Positions 27,806 to 36,620 of a stretch of DNA of 64,000 bases are shown one piece after another. Both the position numbers and the translations under genes were made by a program. Position 1 is the first letter of the stretch; the number at the start of each line of letters is the position of its first letter. The stretch spans positions 384,001 through 448,000 of the forward strand of contig CAWDML010000008.1 in NCBI GenBank assembly GCA_963803435.1, in the 5' to 3' direction. The DNA comes from an uncultured delta proteobacterium (GTDB lineage: Bacteria > Myxococcota > Kuafuiibacteriia > Kuafuiibacteriales > Kuafuiibacteriaceae). The notes beneath the pieces were generated by a model that worked only from the letters and a program-made list of their open reading frames with translations, was not told where the DNA came from and ran no database searches.

Positions 27806-28594
27806 TCACAGGGCCTTCTCGGCCGTCAGCATCTCCTTCAACTGATCGAGCCAGGGTGCGAGCTTCCGCCGGGTGAACGCGACCATGGGTCGGTTGTCCG
27901 CGCCGACGCCGAAGCCCGCCGTCATGATCCCGGCCGCCACCTGCCGCCGGATCCCCTCAGCGACCAGCGCCACGCCCCGCTGCAGGATGCGATGATCGGG
28001 ATGCACGAAGAGGCGCCCATACACCAGACGGTCCGGCTTCGGCCGATGAACCACCGACCAGCCCACGATCACGCGGGATCGAAGGATGACGAGGCTCGCG
28101 ATCGGATCCACCGGCTCCTTCGGGAAGGGCCCGAGCAGCTCCGGATACCAGCGCTCGCGCCGGAGCTTCTTCATGGCCTTCTTCTCCACGTCGAAGAACG
28201 GAACGGTCTCCTGATCCGAAGGGAGCGGGACCTTCATCAGGGGCGAACCGGAGATCTTCGGCCACGACCCGCGGCACACCAGGGTCCCCGCCAGCGGCCA
28301 CGCCCACCCCGCCGCTTCGAGGGCGTGATGGACGGCCTTCTCCTCGGCGTCGTAGGTGGCCGTGATCTTCGTGGCGCCGCGGGCGGCCAGGAAGCGGTCG
28401 AGCGCCGCGATCAACCCCGACACCACCCCACGACCGCGATGCTCCGGCTCCACGAAGACGAAGCGGAGCTCTGCGGTGGTGGTCCCTGGAGGGTGAAGGA
28501 GATTGGCCAGCCCGATCAGGTGGCCGTTCTCCACCGCCGCCACGGTCAGCTTGTTCGGATCATCCTCGTCCTCGAAGGCGTCGTGGCCGATCAC
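27806..28594 (-). CDS. Tandem GNAT acyltransferase 2 (start uncertain; in-frame ATG also at 28729)
   Basis: VFVEPEHRGRGV; WYPELLGPFPKEP...VGWSVVHR...LFV...AEGIRRQ...NRPM; paralog of 25742..26536. Confidence 0.8.
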   Translation of the reverse strand: MIGHDAFEDEDDPNKLTVAAVENGHLIGLANLLHPPGTTTAELRFVFVEPEHRGRGVVSGLIAALDRFLAARGATKITATYDAEEKAVHHALEAAGWAWPLAGTLVCRGSWPKISGSPLMKVPLPSDQETVPFFDVEKKAMKKLRRERWYPELLGPFPKEPVDPIASLVILRSRVIVGWSVVHRPKPDRLVYGRLFVHPDHRILQRGVALVAEGIRRQVAAGIMTAGFGVGADNRPMVAFTRRKLAPWLDQLKEMLTAEKAL

Positions 28595-28735
28595 GCGGTT
28601 CTTGTCCCTCAGCCTGCGTAGGCGCTGCAAGTCGGCGTCCGCTCGCAGGGACGCTTCGAACCGAGGCGCAGACCGGCGCGATCGGCGTGTAGGCCCCCGG
28701 GAGCGGCCCGGGCCGCATGGTAGTAGCATCCGCCG

Positions 28736-29323
28736 GTGCGCGTGCTGAACGTCGGCGGCGGACCTCGGACCACGGCGATGCCCCCGCACTACGCGACCTA
28801 CGAGCAGGTCTGGCTCGACGTCGACGAGAGCCTCGCGCCTGATCTCCTCCTCGACGCACGGCGTCTCACCGAGCTCGAGCCGGAGGGCTTCGACGGTGTC
28901 TACTGCGCGCACAACCTCGAGCACTACTACCCGCACGACGTTCCGGTGGTCCTCGCCGGCTTCCTTCATTGCCTCGCTCCGACCGGGATCGCCGAGATCA
29001 TCGTCCCTGACATCGGCGCGGTGGTGGAGCACATGGTCGCGCACCGGATGGACCTCGAGGACGTGCTCTACCCGTCCGAGGTCGGTCCGATCACGATCCG
29101 AGACGTGATCTACGGCTACGGCCGCGAGATCGAGACCAGCGGGCGGGACTTCTACGCCCACAAGACCGGCTTCACCGCCCGCTCGCTGGAGCAGGCGCTC
29201 GAGGCCGCCGGCTTTTCCCACCGGACGATCCGATCAGGCGCCTACTTCGAGGTCCACGCCTTCGCGAGCGCCTCCGCCGAGCGCCTGGGTGAGACGAGCT
29301 CCTGGAAGCGGTTCTATCCATGA
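28736..29323 (+). CDS. Class I SAM-dependent methyltransferase
   Basis: VLNVGGG, FDGVYCAHNLEH, LAPTG...VPD and HKTGFT. Confidence 0.8.
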   Translation: MRVLNVGGGPRTTAMPPHYATYEQVWLDVDESLAPDLLLDARRLTELEPEGFDGVYCAHNLEHYYPHDVPVVLAGFLHCLAPTGIAEIIVPDIGAVVEHMVAHRMDLEDVLYPSEVGPITIRDVIYGYGREIETSGRDFYAHKTGFTARSLEQALEAAGFSHRTIRSGAYFEVHAFASASAERLGETSSWKRFYP

Positions 29324-31077
29324 AGCGCAACTACGTCGGGCTCGCCTGCTCGTTCCATGATCCCGCGCTCGCGATCGTCGATGCGCAAGGCGAGGTGGTC
29401 TTTGCCGAGGGTGCGGAGCGGGCGCTCCAGGACAAGCGCGCGATGAACGCGCCACCGGATCCGATGCATCGGATCGGCCGGTTGATCGAGGCGCACTGCG
29501 ATCGGGACGCGCAGATCGTGATCGCCAAGAGCTGGAGCGGCGCCCATCTGCCGCTGCGCCAGGTGATGCATCACCTGGTCCGCTTCGTGGAGAATCCGCC
29601 GGACCTCTACTTCGGCGTCCCCACCCGCAAGGCGTCGTCGCCGGCGGAGCGGCTGCTGCTCGGCTCGCTGGCGATGTTTCAGGACGCGAACGCGAACGCG
29701 ATCGAGCAGGCCGGCGTGAACCTCCAGTATCGGCTGCGCGAGATGCGCGCCGATTGGTCGAACCCCGCGCTCCAACGCACCTTCGATCATCACCTCACCC
29801 ACGCGGCCGCGGCCTGCTACTCGAGCCCCTTCTCCGAGGCCGTCTGCGCGGTGCTCGACGGCTGGGGCGAGCACTCGTCGGTGGCGTTCTACGCGTATCG
29901 CGACGGCCGGCTCCTCCCCATCGAGGCGCCGATCGGCGACGGCAGCCTCGGCCTGTTCTACATGTTCCTCTGCCAGGCCTGCGGCTTCGATCCGCTCGCC
30001 GGCGAAGAGTGGAAGGTGATGGGCCTGGCGTCCTACGGGGAGCGCGACGATCGCCTCTACGACTTCCTGCGCTCGATGCTCGAGTACGCCGACCTCTGCC
30101 TGCGCGTGCCGGACGACTACTCGGCCCGGCTGCAGGCGCTGTTGTTCGAGATGGGCCGGCGGCCCGGTCAATCCGCCCTGGCGGTGGCCGATCTGGCGCG
30201 TACCGGCCAGGAGGTCTTTCAGGACGTCTCCGCGCTGCTCCTGTCCGATCTCTTCGAGACGTGCACCTCGAAGAACCTGGTGCTGACCGGCGGCTGCGCG
30301 CTGAACTCCTCGTGGAATGGGCTGATCCTGGAGCGGACCGAGTTCGAGCGGCTCTACGTCTTTCCGGCACCGGCGGACGACGGCAACGCAGTGGGCGCGG
30401 CGCTGCTGGCGCACCGCGCAGATCATCCGTATCACCCGGCGGCCGCCACCGTGCGGAGCCCGTACCTGGGAAGCGAAGTGGATCCGCTGGACCTCGATCG
30501 GATCGAGACCTACGGCCACTTCCGCAACCAGCTCGAGCCGGGCCGCGCGATCCACGAGCGGACCGCCGAGCTCCTGGCCGAGGGCAAGATCGTGGGCTGG
30601 ATGCAGGGCCGCGCCGAGTTCGGGCCGCGCGCGCTGGGCAACCGATCCATCCTCGCGGATCCGCGACCTGCCGACATGAAGGACCGCATCAACGCGACCG
30701 TGAAGTTCCGCGAGGAGTTCCGTCCGTTCGCGCCCTCGATCCTCCACGAGCACGGCGCCGGATGGTTCGAGCACTATCAGGAGTCGCCGTACATGGAGCG
30801 GACGCTGCGCTTCAGGCCCGAGGTGGTGGAGAGGGTACCGGCGGTCGTTCATCGCGACGGCACCGGCCGGCTCCAGAGCGTCCGGCGTGACTGGAACCCG
30901 CGCTTCTACGACCTGATCCGGGCCTTCTGCGATCTCACCGGGGTGCCGCTCCTGCTCAATACCAGCTTCAACGTGATGGGGAAGCCGATCGTCCATTCGG
31001 TCCAGGATGCGGTGATCGTGTTCCTCACCAGCGGCCTCGACGCGCTCGTGATCGGCGATCGGCTCTATCTCAAGTAG
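29320..31077 (+). CDS. NodU/CmcH-family O-carbamoyltransferase
   Basis: FHDPALA, HHLTHAA, DGWGE, EWKVMGLA, GGCALN, EFGPRALGNRSILADP, KFREEFRPFAPS and LNTSFN. Confidence 0.93.
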   Translation: MKRNYVGLACSFHDPALAIVDAQGEVVFAEGAERALQDKRAMNAPPDPMHRIGRLIEAHCDRDAQIVIAKSWSGAHLPLRQVMHHLVRFVENPPDLYFGVPTRKASSPAERLLLGSLAMFQDANANAIEQAGVNLQYRLREMRADWSNPALQRTFDHHLTHAAAACYSSPFSEAVCAVLDGWGEHSSVAFYAYRDGRLLPIEAPIGDGSLGLFYMFLCQACGFDPLAGEEWKVMGLASYGERDDRLYDFLRSMLEYADLCLRVPDDYSARLQALLFEMGRRPGQSALAVADLARTGQEVFQDVSALLLSDLFETCTSKNLVLTGGCALNSSWNGLILERTEFERLYVFPAPADDGNAVGAALLAHRADHPYHPAAATVRSPYLGSEVDPLDLDRIETYGHFRNQLEPGRAIHERTAELLAEGKIVGWMQGRAEFGPRALGNRSILADPRPADMKDRINATVKFREEFRPFAPSILHEHGAGWFEHYQESPYMERTLRFRPEVVERVPAVVHRDGTGRLQSVRRDWNPRFYDLIRAFCDLTGVPLLLNTSFNVMGKPIVHSVQDAVIVFLTSGLDALVIGDRLYLK

Positions 31078-32209
31078 GCGGCGCGACGAACCGGCCCTTC
31101 GCGTCGAAGACGTGCGTGAGCCTCTCGATCGCCGTGTAGGCGCCGTAGCGTTGCAGCACGTGGTAGACGGCGCTCCAGGACGTCGGCTGCCAGGGATAGC
31201 GGTGCTCCGACAGCAGCAGCTCCATCGACCTTCGGGTCGCGAACAGCGGGAGGCGCCAGCGACGCTGCTCGTTCTCGCGCGAGAGTCGATCCAGATAGGC
31301 CGCAGTCTCGAAGTCGCGGATCATCCGCATTCGCGACGAGGAGAAGATGAGCCCCGAGTTGTAGACCAGCGAGCCGAAGATGAACTGCTCGTTCGGCGGG
31401 AGCTCCTCCAGGCGCCTCTTCTCCGCCTTCAAGAGCTTGGCGGCGGCCAGCTCCTTCTCGTAGACCCACATGACGGTGGTCCCCGCGATCGCCTCCTCGA
31501 ACGTCATGTCGCGGCGGAGGCGGGGCCCGCGATCGCTCCGATCGACGAGCGCGCGCAGGCCGGTCCCCAGGCGTCGATCCAGACGTGCCAGCAGCTCGGG
31601 CTGGCGGAGAAAGCCGATGGAGATGTCGTCGAGGCCGATGCCTTGAACGGGATGGATGTGGGCGAGGTCGTGGGTCTCGGGCTCGGACAGCAGCAGCGCT
31701 CCGCCCTCGGCCAGGAACGTGATCGCAACCTCCATGTCGGTGATGCGCTGCTTGGAACCTCGCTCCGTGAGCACGCGATTGCTCTCGTCGACGCACGCCT
31801 GGATCGTCCGTCGCATCGTCGACTCGAGCGCGGCGGTGTCCCACTTCTCGTCGAAGAACCCGAAGTAGCGCTTGGGAAAGACTCCGGAGCTCACGAACTT
31901 CTCCGCCTTGAACAGCTCGTAGTCGATGACGGTGCGGCGGAGCGAGTCGGCGTCGAGCGGGAAGGGATGGTCGTCCTTCGCGAGCGACAGCTTGTCGATG
32001 AGGTTCGACGCAATCTGCTCGCGGAGCCCGGCCTCAATCTCCTCGGGGCGCGCCCCGGTCCGCGCCGAGAGACGGGCGGCGGCCGCGCTGACGGAGCCCT
32101 GGAGGTGCTCGACGAGCTCGGCGCGCGCTCGTTCGTCCTCGACAATCTCGCCGATCGCGAGCTCGACGGGGGGCAGAGCGCTGATGAGGATGGCGGCGAG
32201 GGGGAGCAT
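31070..32209 (-). CDS. Hypothetical exported protein
   Basis: Hydrophobic N-terminus MLPLAAILISA; coherent ORF. Confidence 0.6.
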   Translation of the reverse strand: MLPLAAILISALPPVELAIGEIVEDERARAELVEHLQGSVSAAAARLSARTGARPEEIEAGLREQIASNLIDKLSLAKDDHPFPLDADSLRRTVIDYELFKAEKFVSSGVFPKRYFGFFDEKWDTAALESTMRRTIQACVDESNRVLTERGSKQRITDMEVAITFLAEGGALLLSEPETHDLAHIHPVQGIGLDDISIGFLRQPELLARLDRRLGTGLRALVDRSDRGPRLRRDMTFEEAIAGTTVMWVYEKELAAAKLLKAEKRRLEELPPNEQFIFGSLVYNSGLIFSSSRMRMIRDFETAAYLDRLSRENEQRRWRLPLFATRRSMELLLSEHRYPWQPTSWSAVYHVLQRYGAYTAIERLTHVFDAKGRFVAPPT

Positions 32210-32315
32210 CCGGCGATCGACAATACCGGGAGCGGATCGGTTCCACGCACCGTGGGGTCGGATGCGGCCGCTCACAATGGCCGAACCCGGTGTTTCCACG
32301 GTATGAAGGCGTGGG

Positions 32316-33872
32316 GTGCGCAAAGGGACGATCCTCCTGGCCGCCTGCCTCGTCGTCGCCTGCCGGCCGCTCGACCGCCGGGATGGGGCGCTGGTCGTCA
32401 TCCTCCAGCAGGTGCCCGACGGCGTCGACACCGTCGAGCTCACCGTGCGGGCCGGCGGACGGACCTTCGACGGCCGCCTCCCGCGCCCGCCCGACGATCG
32501 CATCACCGACTTCTCCGCGATCCCGGTGGGGGCGGCCGAGCTCGACGTCCACCTGTTCGCCGGCGATACCGAGGTCGACGCCCGCCTCGGCCGCAAGCTG
32601 AACGTCGTCGAGAACCAGACGCTCGAGGTGCGGGTGAACTTCGTGGACGAGCCCACCTTCACGATCGTCGAGCCGGTGGAGGGATCGGTCTATCCGCTGC
32701 GGGGGCTCACCGGGATCCCGGTCTGCATCCAGCCTGCGAACTCCGAGCTGACGGTCGAGCTCGACGCCCGCGCCAACGGGTCCGAGGTCCCGCTCGCCCG
32801 CGCGGACGACAACTTCGTGGGGACGATCGATCCGTCCCTCGCGGGCGAGGTCCTGCCGGCCGTGATCGCCTTCGACGTGACCTCGTGTCTGACGGATGCG
32901 GAGGACGTCTGCGCGCGGGAGACGCGGTCGATCGTGGTCACCCGCGCGGCCTGGCGCACCGCGGTCGCGCAGCAGAGCGCGAGCCGGCCGGTGCGGTGGG
33001 GCGACGCGATCGTGCTGGTCGACGGCGCCGGGACGGTCCGGGTGCGCACCGCGACCGAGGGGCCCGAGGTGATCGCACCGATCGAGCTCGACGCTGCGAT
33101 CGCTGACGACGTCGCCATCCAGGATGACATCCTGTATGCGACCGCCGACGACGGTCGCGTGCTCTCGGTCGAGCTCCGGAGCGGAGCCACGCCCACCACA
33201 AAGGATCTGGGCGCGACCTCTCCGCCGGTCGCCAGCGCGTTCGGAGTGCTGGTGGCGGCGGACCGGGCGCTGATCGCGATCGACGATGAGCGGACCCTCG
33301 CGATGCTCCCGCGGCGCGTGCGCGCGCGGCCGCTCGCCGACGAAGAGGGCGTGGTGGTCGCGGACATCCTCGGCAACGTGATGGCGCTCGACGCGACCGG
33401 CGCGATCTCGCTGTCGACCAGCGTGGGCGCGCCGGTGTTCGCACAGCCGGTGCGTTATCGCGGGCGGACGGTGATCGCGACGATCGACGGCGACCTGATC
33501 CAGCTCGACGCGGGCGGTGTCGAGGTGGTGGAACGCGTCGCGCTGGGGGCGCCGGTGGTGCACGCGCCCGTCGTGCTGGGCGATCGGTTGGTGGTGGCCG
33601 CGGACGATCGGATGTTCTTCATCGAAGACGATCGGATCGCCGCGACGGTGGAGACCGAGCGTCCGATCACGGGCGCACCGGCCGGGTGGGGTGAGGCGGC
33701 GGTCGTGGCCGGGATCCAGAGCGGGCTGGTGCTGCGGGTGTCGGAGCGCGGGCTCACGCCCATCGAGCGGGTGGGCGGGGCAGCCTTCGGGCCGCTGGTG
33801 CTGGGCCGCTGGATCGCGGTGGTCGGATCTGCCGGTGATTTCGCCCTCTTGGAGCCGGAGGAGGGCTTCTAG
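32316..33872 (+). CDS. Lipoprotein with PQQ-like beta-propeller repeats
   Basis: Lipobox VVAC; repeated PV...VVIATxDGxLxxLD blades. Confidence 0.65.
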   Translation: MRKGTILLAACLVVACRPLDRRDGALVVILQQVPDGVDTVELTVRAGGRTFDGRLPRPPDDRITDFSAIPVGAAELDVHLFAGDTEVDARLGRKLNVVENQTLEVRVNFVDEPTFTIVEPVEGSVYPLRGLTGIPVCIQPANSELTVELDARANGSEVPLARADDNFVGTIDPSLAGEVLPAVIAFDVTSCLTDAEDVCARETRSIVVTRAAWRTAVAQQSASRPVRWGDAIVLVDGAGTVRVRTATEGPEVIAPIELDAAIADDVAIQDDILYATADDGRVLSVELRSGATPTTKDLGATSPPVASAFGVLVAADRALIAIDDERTLAMLPRRVRARPLADEEGVVVADILGNVMALDATGAISLSTSVGAPVFAQPVRYRGRTVIATIDGDLIQLDAGGVEVVERVALGAPVVHAPVVLGDRLVVAADDRMFFIEDDRIAATVETERPITGAPAGWGEAAVVAGIQSGLVLRVSERGLTPIERVGGAAFGPLVLGRWIAVVGSAGDFALLEPEEGF

Positions 33873-33931
33873 CCGTGGCGCGACCTCAGATCCATCGCCA
33901 GCGCGGTTCGGCCGGTTGTAAGCGCCTCGGG

Positions 33932-35128
33932 ATGGCGGTCGTCCTGCTCGCCGGTGCGCTGTTCGCGACGACCGCGTCGGCGCAGGTCGAGCTGGTCCCC
34001 TCCCTCGAGTCTCCGGACGCGCCCGCCGTCTTCACGGTCACCGCCAGCACTCCGCCCGACGAGCCGATCCTCGCCTACGAATGGTCGGGGCTCGGCATGG
34101 CCCCGCGCTGCCGCGCCCAGGACTGCACGATCGATCTGCCGGTGGCGAGCTGCCGTCGGGTGCAGGTCTCGGTGACGGATCGCTTCGGCACCGTCACCAC
34201 CGTCGATCGTCAGATCTGCGCCAACGAATCCGGTAGCCGCCCGCCGCGCGCCACCATAGGCGTCGAGATCGGGACGCCGATGACCGCGGTTGCCCAGGTG
34301 GAAGAGGGGGACGCCCGCGTCACCATCACGCACCTGTGGATCGACGATGTGGAGGTGTCCGGCACGCGTGGCGAGCTCCCGGAGGACGGCGCCTGCCACG
34401 TCGTCGACCTGCTGGTGGCGGACGTCGAGGGCCGGATCGGTCTCGACCAGCGGATCGTCTGCCGAGATCCCGACGCACCGCGGATCGAGGTCGGTGGCGA
34501 CCCGAGCTTCTGCCCGCCGCTCGGCGAGACGCTGCGGGCGTGCGCGGAGGTGATCGATCCGCTCGGGCGCGGGGTCACGCCGATCGAGGGCGCCGCCCTC
34601 CCGCTCGACGGCTGCGGCGAGACCGCGGCCAGCGCGCGGGTCGAGCGCGTGCTGGTGAGCGGCGCCGCCGGATCGGGACGGATCCACGGATCGATGATCG
34701 CCTGTCGCGCCCCCTCGATCGGCCGCCCCAACCTGCTCTTCGTCCGGGCGCCCAGCGCGCTGGTGGTGACCCGCGGCGCCGCGCGTTCGACGGAGATCCA
34801 GATCGATGGCGGCGAGCCTCCGTTCAGCGTGACGGCCCGCCTGTTCGGCAGCGAGACCATCGACGTCAGCCCGACCGTCGTCGGCGAGTCCTCCGCCACG
34901 CTCTCGCTCCGCGTCCCGGACAGCGGCGATTGGAGCCGCTTCGAGGTGCGGGTCACCGACACGCGCGGCCTCGAGGCGGTCGGTACCGCCACGGTGACGA
35001 CCATGTTCGCGGACCCGACCGGCCCGCAAAGCGCGACGGCGATCGGCTGCTCCGCCTTTCCGGGAGAGGGCGCGGCGCTCCTCTGGATCCTGATCGGCGC
35101 GATCCCGCTCCTCCGGAGGCGGCGATGA
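33932..35128 (+). CDS. Secreted PKD-like protein with MYXO-CTERM-like tail
   Basis: Signal peptide; C-terminal GCSA...LLWILIGAIPLLRRRR. Confidence 0.6.
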   Translation: MAVVLLAGALFATTASAQVELVPSLESPDAPAVFTVTASTPPDEPILAYEWSGLGMAPRCRAQDCTIDLPVASCRRVQVSVTDRFGTVTTVDRQICANESGSRPPRATIGVEIGTPMTAVAQVEEGDARVTITHLWIDDVEVSGTRGELPEDGACHVVDLLVADVEGRIGLDQRIVCRDPDAPRIEVGGDPSFCPPLGETLRACAEVIDPLGRGVTPIEGAALPLDGCGETAASARVERVLVSGAAGSGRIHGSMIACRAPSIGRPNLLFVRAPSALVVTRGAARSTEIQIDGGEPPFSVTARLFGSETIDVSPTVVGESSATLSLRVPDSGDWSRFEVRVTDTRGLEAVGTATVTTMFADPTGPQSATAIGCSAFPGEGAALLWILIGAIPLLRRRR

Positions 35129-35835
35129 TCCTGGTGGAGAACCGGACGCTCCTCGACGGCTTTCGTCGCGGCGACAAGCCCGCGCTGCTCGAGGTGTACC
35201 GATCCTACGTCCCCGACGTGACGCGGTTCCTGATCCGCGGCTTCACCTTCGACTCGGGCGGCAAGCTCTGCTCGTTCCGCGGCTTTCGCGGCGGCTACGA
35301 GGTCGAGGCCGCGGTGCAAGAGGTCTTCCGCCGCGCATTCGAGGAGCGCGCGCGCCTGGCGTACGACGGCATCCACCCGTATCGCCCCTACCTGCTCCGC
35401 ATCGCCCGCAACCTGGTGATCAACGACCTCAAGGCCAAGTCGCCGCTCCTGTTCCGCTTCCGTACCGGTCAACCGATCGTGCTGGAGCCGGCCGAGGAGG
35501 AGACGCCCGAGTCGCTGCCCGCCGAGATCCGGAGCCCCGAAGAGGAGCTCGAGGTCCGCGAGGTCGCCGGGCTCGTCGCGGAGTTCAAGGCGAAGCTCGA
35601 CACCCGCGAGCGCGGCGTGTTCGAGGAGCGGTTCGAGAAGGGCCTCTCGGCGGAGAAGGCAGGCGCAGCGCTCGGGCTGTCCCGCTCCCAGGTGCGCACC
35701 ACCGAGACCAAGCTGCGCGCCGAATTCCTCTCGCACATGCAGCGCTCCGGTTATCTCACCCACTACCGGGACGTTCCCGGCTCGCTCGAGAAGAGCATGG
35801 CGACGATGGCGATGCTCATGTGCTGGGGGATCTGA
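35125..35835 (+). CDS. ECF sigma factor
   Basis: FRRGDKPAL, AVQEVFRRAF, YLLRIARNLVIND; region 4 LSAEKAGAALGLSRSQV. Confidence 0.85.
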   Translation: MILVENRTLLDGFRRGDKPALLEVYRSYVPDVTRFLIRGFTFDSGGKLCSFRGFRGGYEVEAAVQEVFRRAFEERARLAYDGIHPYRPYLLRIARNLVINDLKAKSPLLFRFRTGQPIVLEPAEEETPESLPAEIRSPEEELEVREVAGLVAEFKAKLDTRERGVFEERFEKGLSAEKAGAALGLSRSQVRTTETKLRAEFLSHMQRSGYLTHYRDVPGSLEKSMATMAMLMCWGI

Positions 35836-36620
35836 TGGTGACCTGCGTAGCCAAGCGCGAGGGCAAGCTGATCGATGCGCGCTTTCTCCGTCCGCTCGAT
35901 CCTCGCGAGCGATCGTCGATGGAGGAGCACCTGGTCGCCTGCGAGTCGTGCCGCGAGCGCTACCGCAGGCTTCAGCTCGCCGATCGTGTGATCGCGTTCG
36001 GTCCGGACGCCGATCTCGATCGCCCGGCGCCCCTCGAGGTGGAGCGGATCGCGCTGGACCTCGGCCTCCTCGATCGACCGCGCCGCCGGCCCTTCTGGCT
36101 GGGCCTCCCGTTCTTCGGGGCCGTCGGCTCGGTGGCGGCGATGGCGCTGGTGGCGGCGCTGTTCCTCAGGCCGAGCGAGGTCCTCCTCGAGCGCGGCGAG
36201 GCCCCGGTGGGGATCACGTTCTCCGCCTATGCGATCGCCGACGATGCGGGACCGCGCCTGCTGGAGCGCGGCGCGCAGGTGGCGCTCGGCGAGCACCTCA
36301 AGCTGCGCGCGTCCTTCGGCGCGCGTGCGCTCCCCCAGATCGACGGGATCGAGGTGCTGCTGGTGCCGGCCCGCGGTGAGGTGCAGCACGTCCATCTGAG
36401 CGCGCCCGAGCGAGGGGCCGCGAGCGCCTCGGTGCCGGGCGCGATTGCGCTTCAGGGCCTCGCGCCCGGTCCGTTGACCGCCTACGTGGTGGCCGCGGAG
36501 CGCTTCGAGCTCGGAAGCGTGGAGGGGCTCGCGTCCAGCCGGGCACCGCCGGAGGCGCTGGCGCGTGCGCTCGGCGGGGCGTCGGTCGAGCGCATCGATC
36601 TGGAGGTCGTCGGTCCGTGA
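35835..36620 (+). CDS. Zinc-finger (zf-HC2) anti-sigma factor
   Basis: HLVACESCR plus one TM helix; coupled to the sigma gene. Confidence 0.8.
   Translation: MVTCVAKREGKLIDARFLRPLDPRERSSMEEHLVACESCRERYRRLQLADRVIAFGPDADLDRPAPLEVERIALDLGLLDRPRRRPFWLGLPFFGAVGSVAAMALVAALFLRPSEVLLERGEAPVGITFSAYAIADDAGPRLLERGAQVALGEHLKLRASFGARALPQIDGIEVLLVPARGEVQHVHLSAPERGAASASVPGAIALQGLAPGPLTAYVVAAERFELGSVEGLASSRAPPEALARALGGASVERIDLEVVGP

Noticed and set aside
29320-31077. Carbamoyltransferase as a replacement for the missing HypF
   Set aside because: It has the NodU/CmcH architecture without acylphosphatase or Zn-finger domains and lies 16 kb from the hydrogenase operon; hypF is probably elsewhere.
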